This document shows positions 7,683 through 17,082 of a stretch of 64,000 bases of DNA, piece by piece. This DNA is from an uncultured bacterium. Lineage in GTDB: Bacteria > Acidobacteriota > Thermoanaerobaculia > Multivoradales > JAHZIX01. The stretch is from contig CBDUPA010000005.1 of assembly GCA_965368975.1 (NCBI GenBank), positions 128,001 through 192,000 of the forward strand, written 5' to 3'. A program made the translations under genes and the position numbers. The stretch's first letter is position 1. Every line of letters starts with the position of its first letter. The notes beneath the pieces are model-generated. The model saw only the letters and a list, made by a program, of their open reading frames with translations, ran no database searches and was not told the DNA's origin.

Positions 7683-10193
7683 GTGATGAGCATGTCGCTT
7701 CTTTCTCGCCGCCCCGGGTGGGTCCTCGTGGCAGGGTTTCTGTCGATCCTGCTGGCGCTTCCGCTGTTGCTGCAGCTGCGCCTGAGTACGGATCTACTAG
7801 CGCTGCTACCCGCCGACGCACCCGCGGCCGAGGACTATCGCCTCTACCTGGAGCGCTTCGGTGGTGCCGAGAAGGTCTTCGTCCTGCTCCTGCCCGGTGA
7901 TGCCGCTCCAGAGGCACAGGCGTGGGACGCGGTGCTGGCACGTGCGGCGGCGCAGCTGGCCGACGTGCTGGCGGAGAGTCCCGAGGTGTCCAGCGTGCGC
8001 GCGGGCGTCGAACCGGAGGATGAACGCTTCTTCCTCGACTATGTGGTACCGCGGGCCCCACTGCTGCTGGCGGAGCCTGGCGCAGCGAGCCTCGACGCCT
8101 TGGCGCGGCGCCTGCAGCCGGAGGCGGTGCGCGCGCGCGTCGAGCGTCTGCAGGCGGTCCTGCGCACGCCGACGGGCGCCGTCGAGGGCCTGCTGGCGCG
8201 TCGTGATCCGCTCGGCTTCAGTGATGATCTGGGTCTGTTGCAGGCGCCTGTCGCCGTCCCGCTCGATCCGCTGACGTCGACCTTCCGCTCCGAGACGGGC
8301 GCAGCTGCGCTGCTGATCCTGACGCCGTCGCGAGCGGAGATCGATCCTGAGGCCGGCCGCGCACTGCAGGCCGCGATCGACGCTGGTGCGCGAGACGTGC
8401 GTGCGCGGCTGCAAGAGCAGACAGGTGCCGAGGTGCCGCTCGTGGTGCGAGCCGTTGGGGGGGCACTGTATGCGTCCCAGGACGAAGCGCTGCTGCGACG
8501 CGACCTGCAGCGTACGTTGACCGGCTCGATCACCGCCAGTGCGCTGATCCTGTTGCTCGCCTTCGGCGGCGCGCGACTGCCGATTCTGGCCTTGAGCGCT
8601 CTCGCCTTGGGACTCGTCTGGACCGGGGCGGTTCTCCAGCTTCTGAGGGTCGAATTGGCCGCCGTGGCAATCGGCTTCGCTGCCGTGTTGGTCGGGCTCG
8701 GTATTGACTACGGCATTCACGGCTGTGCTCGGTTTCGAGCCGCGCGGGATCGTGGACTGACGGCGGCGGCAGCCCTGGACGACGCCTTCCGTCACGCCGG
8801 TCCGGCGATCCTGACGTCGGCCTTGACGACCTCGGCGGCTTTCCTGGTCCTCAGCCAGGCCCACCTGCCGCCGCTGCGCCAGGTGGGTCTGCTGGTCGCG
8901 TTGGGCTGCGTGTGCATTCTGCTCGCCATGGCAACAGCCGGCGCGTCGGCCTTGGTGTTGACGTCGACCGAGCCGGTGGCGGGCCCTGGGCGTCGACGCG
9001 CGGGGAGGCGTGTCTGGGCGATCATGGGCCGCTGGGTGACGGCGGTGCCGGCCTTCGGGGCTCGGTATCCACGGACCGTCTTGACCCTGGCCGGCGTGCT
9101 CTCGGCAGTGGCGTTGTGGGGGCTCGGGCACGTAGAGCTCGACCCGGATCCACGCACCTTGCGGCCCGAGAACCATGCGCTGTTCGAAACCGAGGAACTC
9201 CTGGTGCAGCACTTCGATGTGGGCCTGGGGACGGCCAATGTGGTGCTGTGGGGCGAGACGCGGAGCGCGGCTCTGCAACGAGCTGTTGCCGCGACGGAGC
9301 AGCTCCAGCTGCAGCTCGGGCCGGAGGCACGGATCACCAGCCCTGCCGGATACCTGCTCGGCGAGACGGCGACCGGTGAGCGGCTGCGACGGCTGGCGGA
9401 ATTGCCGTTCGACCGGGCCGCGGACGAGCTGGAGCGCGAGCTGCGTGCCGCGGGCCTCAATCCTAGAGCTTTCCGCACCGGTATCGAGGCGCTGCGCGCG
9501 CTCGGCGCAGGCCGCGACCCGGGAGCGCCGCCGCCGGACGTCTGGCCGGATTGGCTGCGCGAAGCGATCGTCGACGATCCGGCGGCTTCCTCCGCCGGAG
9601 CCCCTGCCGGAACCTGGATCTCCCTGGCGGTCCGGCTGCCCGAGGATCGATCGATCGTTCCACCGCCTGGGACGGCGCTGGCGTCGGCAACGGCGCTGGG
9701 GGACGAGCTACGCACGCTGGCGGGCGGTGACTTGCGGCGGCTGGCGGGATTGGCACTCGGAGCGGTATCCTTGTTGATACTGCTCTCGTTTCGCGGCCGC
9801 CTCGGACCGTCGTTGTTGACGCTGCTGCCGGTCGTGGCGGGGTCCCTGTGGACGCTGGGACTGTGGGCGGCCAGTGGACGAACGCTCGATCTTTTCAGCT
9901 TGGCGGTGCTGCCCATCCTGCTCGGGATTGGTCTCGACGACGGCTTGCACGTGGTGCACGGTGCACGAGGACTAGGTACGGCGGGCTCTCGCTCCCTACA
10001 CGACGCCTCTGTGGAAGCCGGCCACGGCTTGCTGTTGACCACTCTGACCACTTGTGCCGGCTTTGCCAGTCTTGTCTTGTCGGCCATTCCGGGGCTGCGC
10101 GCGGGCGGGTTGTTGATTGCCCTGGGCGTCTTCGCCTGTTGGTTGTGTACGGTTTTGTTGTTGCCCGCCCTCGAGGCGGTGCGAGGGAGATGA
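7683..10193 (+). CDS. MMPL/RND-family lipid exporter
   Basis: Two TM bundles with GLGIDYGIH and GIGLDDGLH, SALTT/TTLTT motifs, large periplasmic loops. Confidence 0.9.
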   Translation: MMSMSLLSRRPGWVLVAGFLSILLALPLLLQLRLSTDLLALLPADAPAAEDYRLYLERFGGAEKVFVLLLPGDAAPEAQAWDAVLARAAAQLADVLAESPEVSSVRAGVEPEDERFFLDYVVPRAPLLLAEPGAASLDALARRLQPEAVRARVERLQAVLRTPTGAVEGLLARRDPLGFSDDLGLLQAPVAVPLDPLTSTFRSETGAAALLILTPSRAEIDPEAGRALQAAIDAGARDVRARLQEQTGAEVPLVVRAVGGALYASQDEALLRRDLQRTLTGSITASALILLLAFGGARLPILALSALALGLVWTGAVLQLLRVELAAVAIGFAAVLVGLGIDYGIHGCARFRAARDRGLTAAAALDDAFRHAGPAILTSALTTSAAFLVLSQAHLPPLRQVGLLVALGCVCILLAMATAGASALVLTSTEPVAGPGRRRAGRRVWAIMGRWVTAVPAFGARYPRTVLTLAGVLSAVALWGLGHVELDPDPRTLRPENHALFETEELLVQHFDVGLGTANVVLWGETRSAALQRAVAATEQLQLQLGPEARITSPAGYLLGETATGERLRRLAELPFDRAADELERELRAAGLNPRAFRTGIEALRALGAGRDPGAPPPDVWPDWLREAIVDDPAASSAGAPAGTWISLAVRLPEDRSIVPPPGTALASATALGDELRTLAGGDLRRLAGLALGAVSLLILLSFRGRLGPSLLTLLPVVAGSLWTLGLWAASGRTLDLFSLAVLPILLGIGLDDGLHVVHGARGLGTAGSRSLHDASVEAGHGLLLTTLTTCAGFASLVLSAIPGLRAGGLLIALGVFACWLCTVLLLPALEAVRGR

Positions 10194-10197
10194 ACAC

Positions 10198-11313
10198 ATG
10201 ACAGTTGCGCAAGAACCCATCACGGCACAGAATCCGGTGGTTCGCGAGGCGACGGTTCGAAGACCCCGTTCGCAGGAGGCTGCGGAGGAGCGCTCCTTGC
10301 GTGCCAACCTCGAGCCATCCAGACCCGAGCGCACGTCCACAGGTGTGAGGGCACGTGCCGTGGAACCGCCACCGCACGCTCCCGAACTTGGCTTGATGCG
10401 CCGCCTGCTCGGGCCGCTCCACGTCACTGGCGTCTTCTGGTATCGCTTCCACGCACAGGGGTTGCGCTATGTGCCGGAATGGACGAAGAGCCTCTTCACC
10501 ATAGCTTTTACCAGCTTCTTCTTCGTCGCCCTGCGCCGTATCCGCCGCGCCATCGCCTCCAACCTGGAAGCAGTGTTGGGGCCGTGCGGCTGGTTCGAGC
10601 GCCAGCGCCGTATCTACCGCACGATGTGGAACTTCGCCTGGTGCCTCACCGAGCGCTACGAGCGCATCGGACCGTCGGCGCAGCAGGCCTCGAGAGCCGC
10701 CAAGGAAGTGTGCACCGTCGAGGGAGAGGCGACCTGGCAGCAGGCGCTGGAGAGTCCGCAGGGGTGGATCCTGGTGACCGCGCACATCGGTCACTGGGAA
10801 GTTGGCTCGCTGATGGCGCCCGAGGACACGCGGCGGCACGTGCACGTGGTGCGCGAGGAAGAGATGGACAAGCAGGCGCAGGAATTCGTGCGCTCGATGG
10901 TCTCTGAGCGCCACGAGGATGGCCTGACCATGCATTTCGCCGGTGACGATCCGGCGCTTGGTGCCAAGTTGCTGCAGGCGTTGCGGCGCGGTGACCTGGT
11001 GGCCGTGCAGGGTGACCGTCCGCGGGCCGCGGCGCGATCGGTGAAGGTGCAGATGTTCGATCGTGCGATCGAGTTGCCGGCCGGCCCGGCAGCGCTGGCG
11101 CGCGCCGCAGGTGTCGTTCTGATGCCGGTCTTCGTCTTCCGTACCGGTCGCCACCATTCGCGCATCGTGTTCCGGCCGCCGGTGCGTGTCGACGCGAAGG
11201 ATCGTGACTTGACTCAGGCCATGCAGCGCATTGCCGAGCACGTGCAATGGGCGATCCAGCAGGAACCGTACCAGTGGTTCTGCTTCCGGGAACTGTGGAA
11301 GGAACCGGCATGA
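10198..11313 (+). CDS. Lysophospholipid / lipid A-type (LpxL-like) acyltransferase
   Basis: LVTAHIGHWEVG (HX4E), VQGDR, PAGPAALA, PYQWFCFRELW. Confidence 0.9.
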   Translation: MTVAQEPITAQNPVVREATVRRPRSQEAAEERSLRANLEPSRPERTSTGVRARAVEPPPHAPELGLMRRLLGPLHVTGVFWYRFHAQGLRYVPEWTKSLFTIAFTSFFFVALRRIRRAIASNLEAVLGPCGWFERQRRIYRTMWNFAWCLTERYERIGPSAQQASRAAKEVCTVEGEATWQQALESPQGWILVTAHIGHWEVGSLMAPEDTRRHVHVVREEEMDKQAQEFVRSMVSERHEDGLTMHFAGDDPALGAKLLQALRRGDLVAVQGDRPRAAARSVKVQMFDRAIELPAGPAALARAAGVVLMPVFVFRTGRHHSRIVFRPPVRVDAKDRDLTQAMQRIAEHVQWAIQQEPYQWFCFRELWKEPA

Positions 11314-12053
11314 GATCCTGGTCTCGACTCCCGGTCCTGGTGTTCGGTGCCCTACTGGCCGCCTCGACGCTCTCTGGCTGTGCCGCACTTCGTTCGCCCG
11401 CTGCACCGATGCCGAGCGTGCAGTATCCCGCGCCGCGGGGGGACGCCGACGTCCTGATCGTGCTCTTGCCGGGTCGCCGGGACGTACCCGAGGACTTTGC
11501 CAGGCGAGGCTTCGTCGAGGCGCTGCACCGAGCACGGCCGCATGCCGATCTGGTTGCCGTCGACGCGCATCTTGGCTATTACCGCACGCGCACCTTCGAG
11601 GAGCGCCTGTGGCAGGATGTGCTCGCACCGGCAGCCGAGCGGTACCAGGAGATCTGGTTGCTCGGCATCTCGCTCGGTGGCATCGGCTCGTTGGGTATCA
11701 GCGCGCGCTATCCCGAGGCGATCAGCGGGGCCGTGCTGCTGGCACCTTTTCTGGGCGATGACGCCCTGATCGAGGCGATCGAGGCTGCCGGTGGTCCTCG
11801 GTCCTGGCAGCCATCGGATGCCGACGACCCACTCCAGCAGTTCTGGCTGTGGGCGCGCGGACACGACCCGAGGCAGCCGCCGCGTCTGTTTCTCGGCTTC
11901 GGCAGTGGCGACCGTCTGCGGGACGGTTGCCGCCAATTGGCCCGGCTGCTGCCGGAGGAGCAGGTTGCCGAGGTGCCCGGCGGACACGACTGGCGCGCGT
12001 GGTCGACGTTGCTCGAAGAACTCTTGGAGCGCGACACGCTGGGCGCGCGCTGA
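11310..12053 (+). CDS. Alpha/beta hydrolase lipoprotein (esterase/thioesterase)
   Basis: Lipobox LSGC, GISLGG nucleophile elbow, GGHDW. Confidence 0.85.
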   Translation: MRSWSRLPVLVFGALLAASTLSGCAALRSPAAPMPSVQYPAPRGDADVLIVLLPGRRDVPEDFARRGFVEALHRARPHADLVAVDAHLGYYRTRTFEERLWQDVLAPAAERYQEIWLLGISLGGIGSLGISARYPEAISGAVLLAPFLGDDALIEAIEAAGGPRSWQPSDADDPLQQFWLWARGHDPRQPPRLFLGFGSGDRLRDGCRQLARLLPEEQVAEVPGGHDWRAWSTLLEELLERDTLGAR

Positions 12054-12093
12054 GGGCGGTTAGGGGACGGCTGTTGGTGGTGGTTGGCGAGAG

Positions 12094-13419
12094 CTAGCGA
12101 GCCCTCCTGTGGTAGCGAGGTGACAGCGGCACCAGCCTCTGGAGCGCCACGAGACCGAAGAACAGGCGTAACCGTAGGCGCGATGCCAGCGTCAGTCGCC
12201 ACTCACCGGAGAGCAGGGTGATGATGGTGTCGAGGATGCCGAAGTGGTTGGCGGGATGGAAGAAGAGGTCGCGGAAGGCGGGGTCGTAGAAGCCGCGTAC
12301 CATGCCGCGGAAGCGCCGGTAGCGATGGCGTTGCGTGCGCTCGAAGGCGGTGAAGTCGGGCCGCCGTCCGCTTCTTCGACCCGTGCTGAACTCGGTGCCC
12401 AGCACCCGGTCCGCCGCCTCTGCTGCTTCGACGCCAGATTCTAGCGCCAGCAGTACGCCGCTCGAAAACACGGGATCGAGAAACGAGCCGGCGTCGCCCG
12501 CGAGTAGCCAGCGGTCCCCGGCGTAGGCGCTGGGGGCGTAGCTGAAGTCGGCGGCGACGTGGGCAGGGGTGATGCGTTGGCTGCCCGCGCTGGCCGTTGC
12601 CAGGACGGGGATGTCTCGCAGCAGGCGTTGCAGCATCTCTTCGCGGCTCTCGCCAGCGCGCGTCTGAGCATCGAAGGCGGCCTTGGGCAGCACCACGCCG
12701 ACGCTGGTCACCGTCGCGGAGAGCGGAATCAGCCAGATCCAGCCCATGTCGCGACGCGACACGATGCGAATGTCACCGGCGCGTTCGGCACCCAGCGACA
12801 GGGCTTCGACGTGGCTCAAGGCCAGGTTCTCGAAGTGGGCAAAGAGCGCGACGTTGCGCAGATCCGGGTCGAGCCGCCGCAACCCCAGGCGCTTGGCTAG
12901 CAGGCCCGCCTGGCCGGTGGCGTCGATGACCAGGTCGGCATCGGTGGTTTCCGGAGTTTCCTGCGGGCCGCTGGTCACGCGCACGCCTGTGCTGCTGGTC
13001 TCAGCGCCGAAGTCGACCTGACGCACGTGGCAGCCGTAGCGCACCTCGGCACCGGCGTCCGATGCGTGGTCGAGTAGCATCTGGTCGAACCGTGCGCGCG
13101 GCACTTGGTAGGTGACCGGCGTCGGGACGTTGGCGGTGGCGGAGAAATCGATGTAGGCGCTGTAGGTGCCGTCTTCGGTGCTGAAGCTAGCGCCGCGCTT
13201 GACGACGAAGTCTTCGGCGCGCAAGCGCTCCGTCAGCCCAAGTCGTTCGAAGATGGCGTTGCTCGCCGGCAGCAAGGATTCACCGACGTGGAAACGGGGG
13301 AATTCCTGACGTTCGAGTACCAACACGCGGCGCCCGAGCTGCGCCAGACGGCAAGCTGCGGCGGCGCCCGCGGGACCACCGCCGAGAACCAGGACGTCGT
13401 AGTTGGGAGCGTGCGACAC
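12094..13419 (-). CDS. FAD-dependent halogenase-family oxidoreductase
   Basis: GGGPAG, FPRFHVGESLLP, FVVKRGA (candidate catalytic Lys), GWIWLIPL (WxWxIP), GDAGSFLDPVFSSG. Start is uncertain (GTG 13419). Confidence 0.85.
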   Translation of the reverse strand: MSHAPNYDVLVLGGGPAGAAAACRLAQLGRRVLVLERQEFPRFHVGESLLPASNAIFERLGLTERLRAEDFVVKRGASFSTEDGTYSAYIDFSATANVPTPVTYQVPRARFDQMLLDHASDAGAEVRYGCHVRQVDFGAETSSTGVRVTSGPQETPETTDADLVIDATGQAGLLAKRLGLRRLDPDLRNVALFAHFENLALSHVEALSLGAERAGDIRIVSRRDMGWIWLIPLSATVTSVGVVLPKAAFDAQTRAGESREEMLQRLLRDIPVLATASAGSQRITPAHVAADFSYAPSAYAGDRWLLAGDAGSFLDPVFSSGVLLALESGVEAAEAADRVLGTEFSTGRRSGRRPDFTAFERTQRHRYRRFRGMVRGFYDPAFRDLFFHPANHFGILDTIITLLSGEWRLTLASRLRLRLFFGLVALQRLVPLSPRYHRRAR

Positions 13420-13502
13420 GGTGTACTCGGTTCCGGGAGGCGCTGCATCGAGAAGGTGGCAGCAAGGTGACGAAGATATCATTTCGGCGGTATCATACGC
13501 TC

Positions 13503-13982
13503 GTGCTCAACGCCCAGGATCTCTCGCGCCCTCGAACCGAGATTGATGTCACCGAGGTGGATGTCACCAAGATCTTGCCACACCAGCCTCCGATGCTGAT
13601 GGTGCGAGAAGTCGTTGAGGTGCGCGACGACGGTGCCTGCTGCGCCGGCTGGATCGACGACGCCAGTCCGTTCGCCTGCGACGGTTGGGTCACGGTACAG
13701 CTGGCCCTGGAACTCGCGGCTCAGAGTGCGGCTGTGTGCGCCGCGTGCCACGAGGCGCGGGAAGGAACCTCGCCCCGGTCCCGTAGTGGCTATCTGGCGA
13801 CCCTGCGCGATGTGCGCTTCCAGACGCCCACCGTACCCACGGGCGCTCGTTTGCTCGCCGATGTACAGCCGATGCGCAACCTCGGTGGCCTGGCACTGTA
13901 CGCGACGGAGGTGCGTTTCGCCGATGGTCGGCTGGTACTTCAGGGAGCGTTCAGCGTCTCGACGGCCGCTCGGGAACCCTGA
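13503..13982 (+). CDS. Hotdog-fold 3-hydroxyacyl-ACP dehydratase (FabA/Z, ApeP-like)
   Basis: ILPHQPPMLMV, ELAAQSAA, SGYLATLR. Start is uncertain. Confidence 0.8.
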   Translation: MLNAQDLSRPRTEIDVTEVDVTKILPHQPPMLMVREVVEVRDDGACCAGWIDDASPFACDGWVTVQLALELAAQSAAVCAACHEAREGTSPRSRSGYLATLRDVRFQTPTVPTGARLLADVQPMRNLGGLALYATEVRFADGRLVLQGAFSVSTAAREP

Positions 13983-15379
13983 TCGAAGGCCAGTTGATTC
14001 GCGTGTTGTAGTGCCTCGTCCCCCTTCAGGGAGTGTTGCAGCACGTTCAGGAACGTCTCGCGGGGTAGCAAACTCGTTGCCGCTTGCAGGGCGCCCAGGG
14101 CGACCAAGTTCTTGACCCGGAGCGCCCCCAGGTCGACGGCGATCTGGGTGAATGGGACGCCGAGCAGGCGGACGCCTTCGGCCAGCTGTGGTGGTGTCTC
14201 GACGACGGTCGCGTCATAGAGCACGGTGCCACCGGCGGGCACCGCCGGGCCGAACTTCTCCAGGCTCGGTGCATTGAAAGCCACCAGCACGTGGGGATGC
14301 GGGGCCGACGGGGACAGCACCTCGCCCTCCGCCACGTGAACGTCGGCGTAGGAGGTGCCGCCGCGTGACTCCGGGCCGTAGCTCGGGATGTAGGTGGCGT
14401 CGAAGCCCTCGTCGATGGCGCCCTGGCAGGTCAGCTTGGCCAGCGTCTGGGCGCCGTCACCGCCGGCTCCAGCGAACTTCACCGCGACGTCGTCAGCCGC
14501 CAGATGGCTCGGAAAACCGTCGGCGAAGCGATCGACCGCTTCGTGGGTGGTACCAAGGGTCGCGAGTAGGGATTCCGGTGCGAAGCGCGGCGGCTCGAGT
14601 TCGAACCACGGCTCGACGTCCAGATCTTTCTTCACGCCCAGCGGGAATACGGGCAGCATGTTCTCCTGCACCCAGCGCTGTGTCTCCTCGGGCGTTGCGT
14701 GCAGGTGCGTCGGGCACTCTGCCAGCACCTCGACGAAGCCGAAACCGCGGCCCTCGATCTGCAACTGCAACGCCTTGCGGATCGCCTTCTTGGCGCGCTT
14801 GCGCTGCTTGGCATCGAAGAGGGCCACGCGCTCGACATAGACCGGGCCGTCGAGCTGGGCGATCGTCTCGGCCATCTTCAGCGGCTGGCCCATCATGCGT
14901 GTGCGGCCGTCGGGCGACGTCGTGGTGGTCTGCGACATCAGCGTCGTTGGCGCCATCTGACCGCCGGTCATGCCGTAGATGGCGTTGTTGATGAAGAGGA
15001 AGCTCAGCGGCAAGCCCATCTGGGCCGCCTGCATGATCTCGGCCAGGCCGATCGACGCCAGGTCGCCGTCTCCCTGGTAGGCGATGACGATCGCCTCCGG
15101 GTTGGCCATCTTGTGCCCGATCGCGACCGCTGGAGCGCGGCCGTGGGCTGCCTGGGTATTCCCGACGTCCAGGTAGTAGTAGAGGAAGACGGCACAGCCG
15201 ACCGGTGAGACGGCGACGGCTCGGTCCTGAATGCCCAGGTCGGCGATCGCTTCGGCCAGGTACTTGTGGGCCAGGCCGTGGCCACAGCCGGCGCAGTAGT
15301 GGGTACTGTGTCCCTTGAGTCCCTCGCCGTGTGCGTGGCGTTCGAAGGTCGGATAGAACACGTTTTCTTGAGTGCTCAT
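13940..15379 (-). CDS. 2-oxoacid:ferredoxin oxidoreductase, fused beta+gamma subunit
   Basis: HYCAGCGHG, SPVGC, AAHGRA, TPP-binding GDGD...NN, then gamma domain AGAGGDG and PSYGPESRGG. Confidence 0.92.
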   Translation of the reverse strand: MSTQENVFYPTFERHAHGEGLKGHSTHYCAGCGHGLAHKYLAEAIADLGIQDRAVAVSPVGCAVFLYYYLDVGNTQAAHGRAPAVAIGHKMANPEAIVIAYQGDGDLASIGLAEIMQAAQMGLPLSFLFINNAIYGMTGGQMAPTTLMSQTTTTSPDGRTRMMGQPLKMAETIAQLDGPVYVERVALFDAKQRKRAKKAIRKALQLQIEGRGFGFVEVLAECPTHLHATPEETQRWVQENMLPVFPLGVKKDLDVEPWFELEPPRFAPESLLATLGTTHEAVDRFADGFPSHLAADDVAVKFAGAGGDGAQTLAKLTCQGAIDEGFDATYIPSYGPESRGGTSYADVHVAEGEVLSPSAPHPHVLVAFNAPSLEKFGPAVPAGGTVLYDATVVETPPQLAEGVRLLGVPFTQIAVDLGALRVKNLVALGALQAATSLLPRETFLNVLQHSLKGDEALQHANQLAFDQGSRAAVETLNAP

Positions 15380-15390
15380 GGCTGGCTCCT

Positions 15391-16836
15391 TCACGCCGCT
15401 CGGGCGGTGCGGTCGAGGGTGAGGACGCGGTCGATGATCTCGTTGGCTTGCGGTAGCACGCCGCCATAGTGGCGCACCGATTCGATGGGGGGTGGCGCCA
15501 CGCGCTCATGACTCGACGCCGCATGACTCGACACCGCATGACTGAGGGCCAGGCGCAGCTCGTCCTCGAGCTGTCCCGGACCGGCTTCGACCACCAGGAT
15601 GCCGCGTGCGCGGTGGAGCAGCGGCTCGAGATGCCGGATCGGGAACGGCCACAAGCTGACCGGGCGGAACAGGCCTGCCTTCACGCCTTGACGTCGTAGC
15701 TCGGCGACCGCGCCCTTGGCCATGCGTGCCGGTGTGTTGCAGGCCACCACCAACCAGTCCGCGTCGTCGCATTGGTACAGGTCCGCGCGCTGCTCGTGCT
15801 CGGAAATCTGTGCGTACTTCTCGTTCAGGTGGATGTTGTGGGCTTCGAGATCCGCCTCGTTCAGGTAGATCGAGCACAGCAGGTTGCGCCGGTGGGCTTC
15901 GTCACCCCACACGGCCCACTCCGGCAGGCCTGGGCGTACCAAGTGGTCCGGCAACTCGACCTTGCCCGTGATCTGTCCCAGGTACCCATCGCCGGCCAGA
16001 ATCACGGGGTTACGGTACTTGAAGCTGAGGTCGAAGGCTTCCATCGTCAGGTCGAGCATCTCTTGCGGCGTCGACGGTGCAAGAACCAGCGCGTGCGTAT
16101 TGCCGTGGCCGAGGCCGCGGCACAGCAGCTTGATATCCGCCTGCTCGGGTGCGATGTTGCCCAGGCCAGGCCCGCCGCGCATGACGTTGACGAAGACCCC
16201 CGGAATCTCGGCGCCGATCATGTAGGAGATGCCTTCGAGCATCAGCGAGAAGCCGGGCGACGAAGTGAAGGTCATGGAGCGCAGGCCGGCGCCGCCGCAG
16301 CCGTACATCATGTTGACCGCCGCCACCTCGCTTACCGCCTGCACGAAGACGCCGCCGAGCTTGGGTAGCAGCTTGGCCATCAGTTCGGCCCCTTCGGTCG
16401 ACGGCGTGATCGGATAGCCGAAGAAGTGGCGGCAGCCAGCGAGCAGCGCGCCGACAGCCGAGGCATGGGTGCCCTTGAGCACCATCGGCTGCTGGGCAGG
16501 CAAAGGCACGCGCAGGTCCGGGATCGTCAGCGGTTCGGGCGCGGTGGTCGGCCGCGGTCCGAACAGGTGCTCCGGGTCGACGTGCTTTTCGGCTTCCAGG
16601 ACTGCCAGCTCCTCGGGCATCGGCATCAGGCCGTATGGTTCGGGGCAGGCGTCGAAGCACAGGCCGCAGCCGTTGCAGATTTCCAGGTCGAGCTCTACCG
16701 GCGCCAGGCCGGTGGCGGGATCAATGTGGGTTCCCGGCGTGATGCAGTGTTTGGGGCAGGCTGACACACAGCGGCCGCAGGCCTTGCAGAAGTCGGGAAG
16801 GAGAAAGGGCTTGGGTCGTTCGGTTGCTATGGCCAT
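15391..16836 (-). CDS. 2-oxoacid:ferredoxin oxidoreductase, fused ferredoxin(delta)+alpha subunit (VorB-like)
   Basis: Two CxxCxxCxxxCP motifs, then GYPITPS, SEVAA, MRGGPGLG. AAGGA RBS before MAIATER. Confidence 0.92.
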   Translation of the reverse strand: MAIATERPKPFLLPDFCKACGRCVSACPKHCITPGTHIDPATGLAPVELDLEICNGCGLCFDACPEPYGLMPMPEELAVLEAEKHVDPEHLFGPRPTTAPEPLTIPDLRVPLPAQQPMVLKGTHASAVGALLAGCRHFFGYPITPSTEGAELMAKLLPKLGGVFVQAVSEVAAVNMMYGCGGAGLRSMTFTSSPGFSLMLEGISYMIGAEIPGVFVNVMRGGPGLGNIAPEQADIKLLCRGLGHGNTHALVLAPSTPQEMLDLTMEAFDLSFKYRNPVILAGDGYLGQITGKVELPDHLVRPGLPEWAVWGDEAHRRNLLCSIYLNEADLEAHNIHLNEKYAQISEHEQRADLYQCDDADWLVVACNTPARMAKGAVAELRRQGVKAGLFRPVSLWPFPIRHLEPLLHRARGILVVEAGPGQLEDELRLALSHAVSSHAASSHERVAPPPIESVRHYGGVLPQANEIIDRVLTLDRTARAA

Positions 16837-17082
16837 CGTGAGTTCCTTCTTGATGGGGCCTCCGGATGCGGAGTCCGATTCCTCCTCAGTTTCCGCCCCT
16901 TCGCGCGGGCTCACAACGCCCGCAGGTGGGGATTTGGGCCACCCCCCGCGGAGCGACGCTCACCCACCCCGTTGGGTAGCAGCGAGGGGTGCCTTGCTTT
17001 GCTATGCTGCATGGGTCTTTCAACTCAGCCACGGTGGGCCGCCGTCAATGGTGCCTGCTGCCACGGAAAGGACGGAGTCGAC

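Noticed and set aside
5971-8061. 696-aa minus-strand ORF as a single gene
   Set aside because: Only the last ~198 aa look like a real protein (ICMT family). The upstream part is an Arg/Pro-rich shadow frame over the flippase and MMPL genes.
7806-11628. Long antisense ORFs (7806-9278, 8792-10087, 9895-11628) and similar ones elsewhere
   Set aside because: Typical high-GC shadow ORFs opposite well-supported genes; no motifs or RBS.
16840-17000. Possible TPP riboswitch upstream of the TPP-dependent oxidoreductase
   Set aside because: Hairpins are present, but the conserved CUGAGA and CCUGA...AAU...GCG.AGGGA elements are absent.
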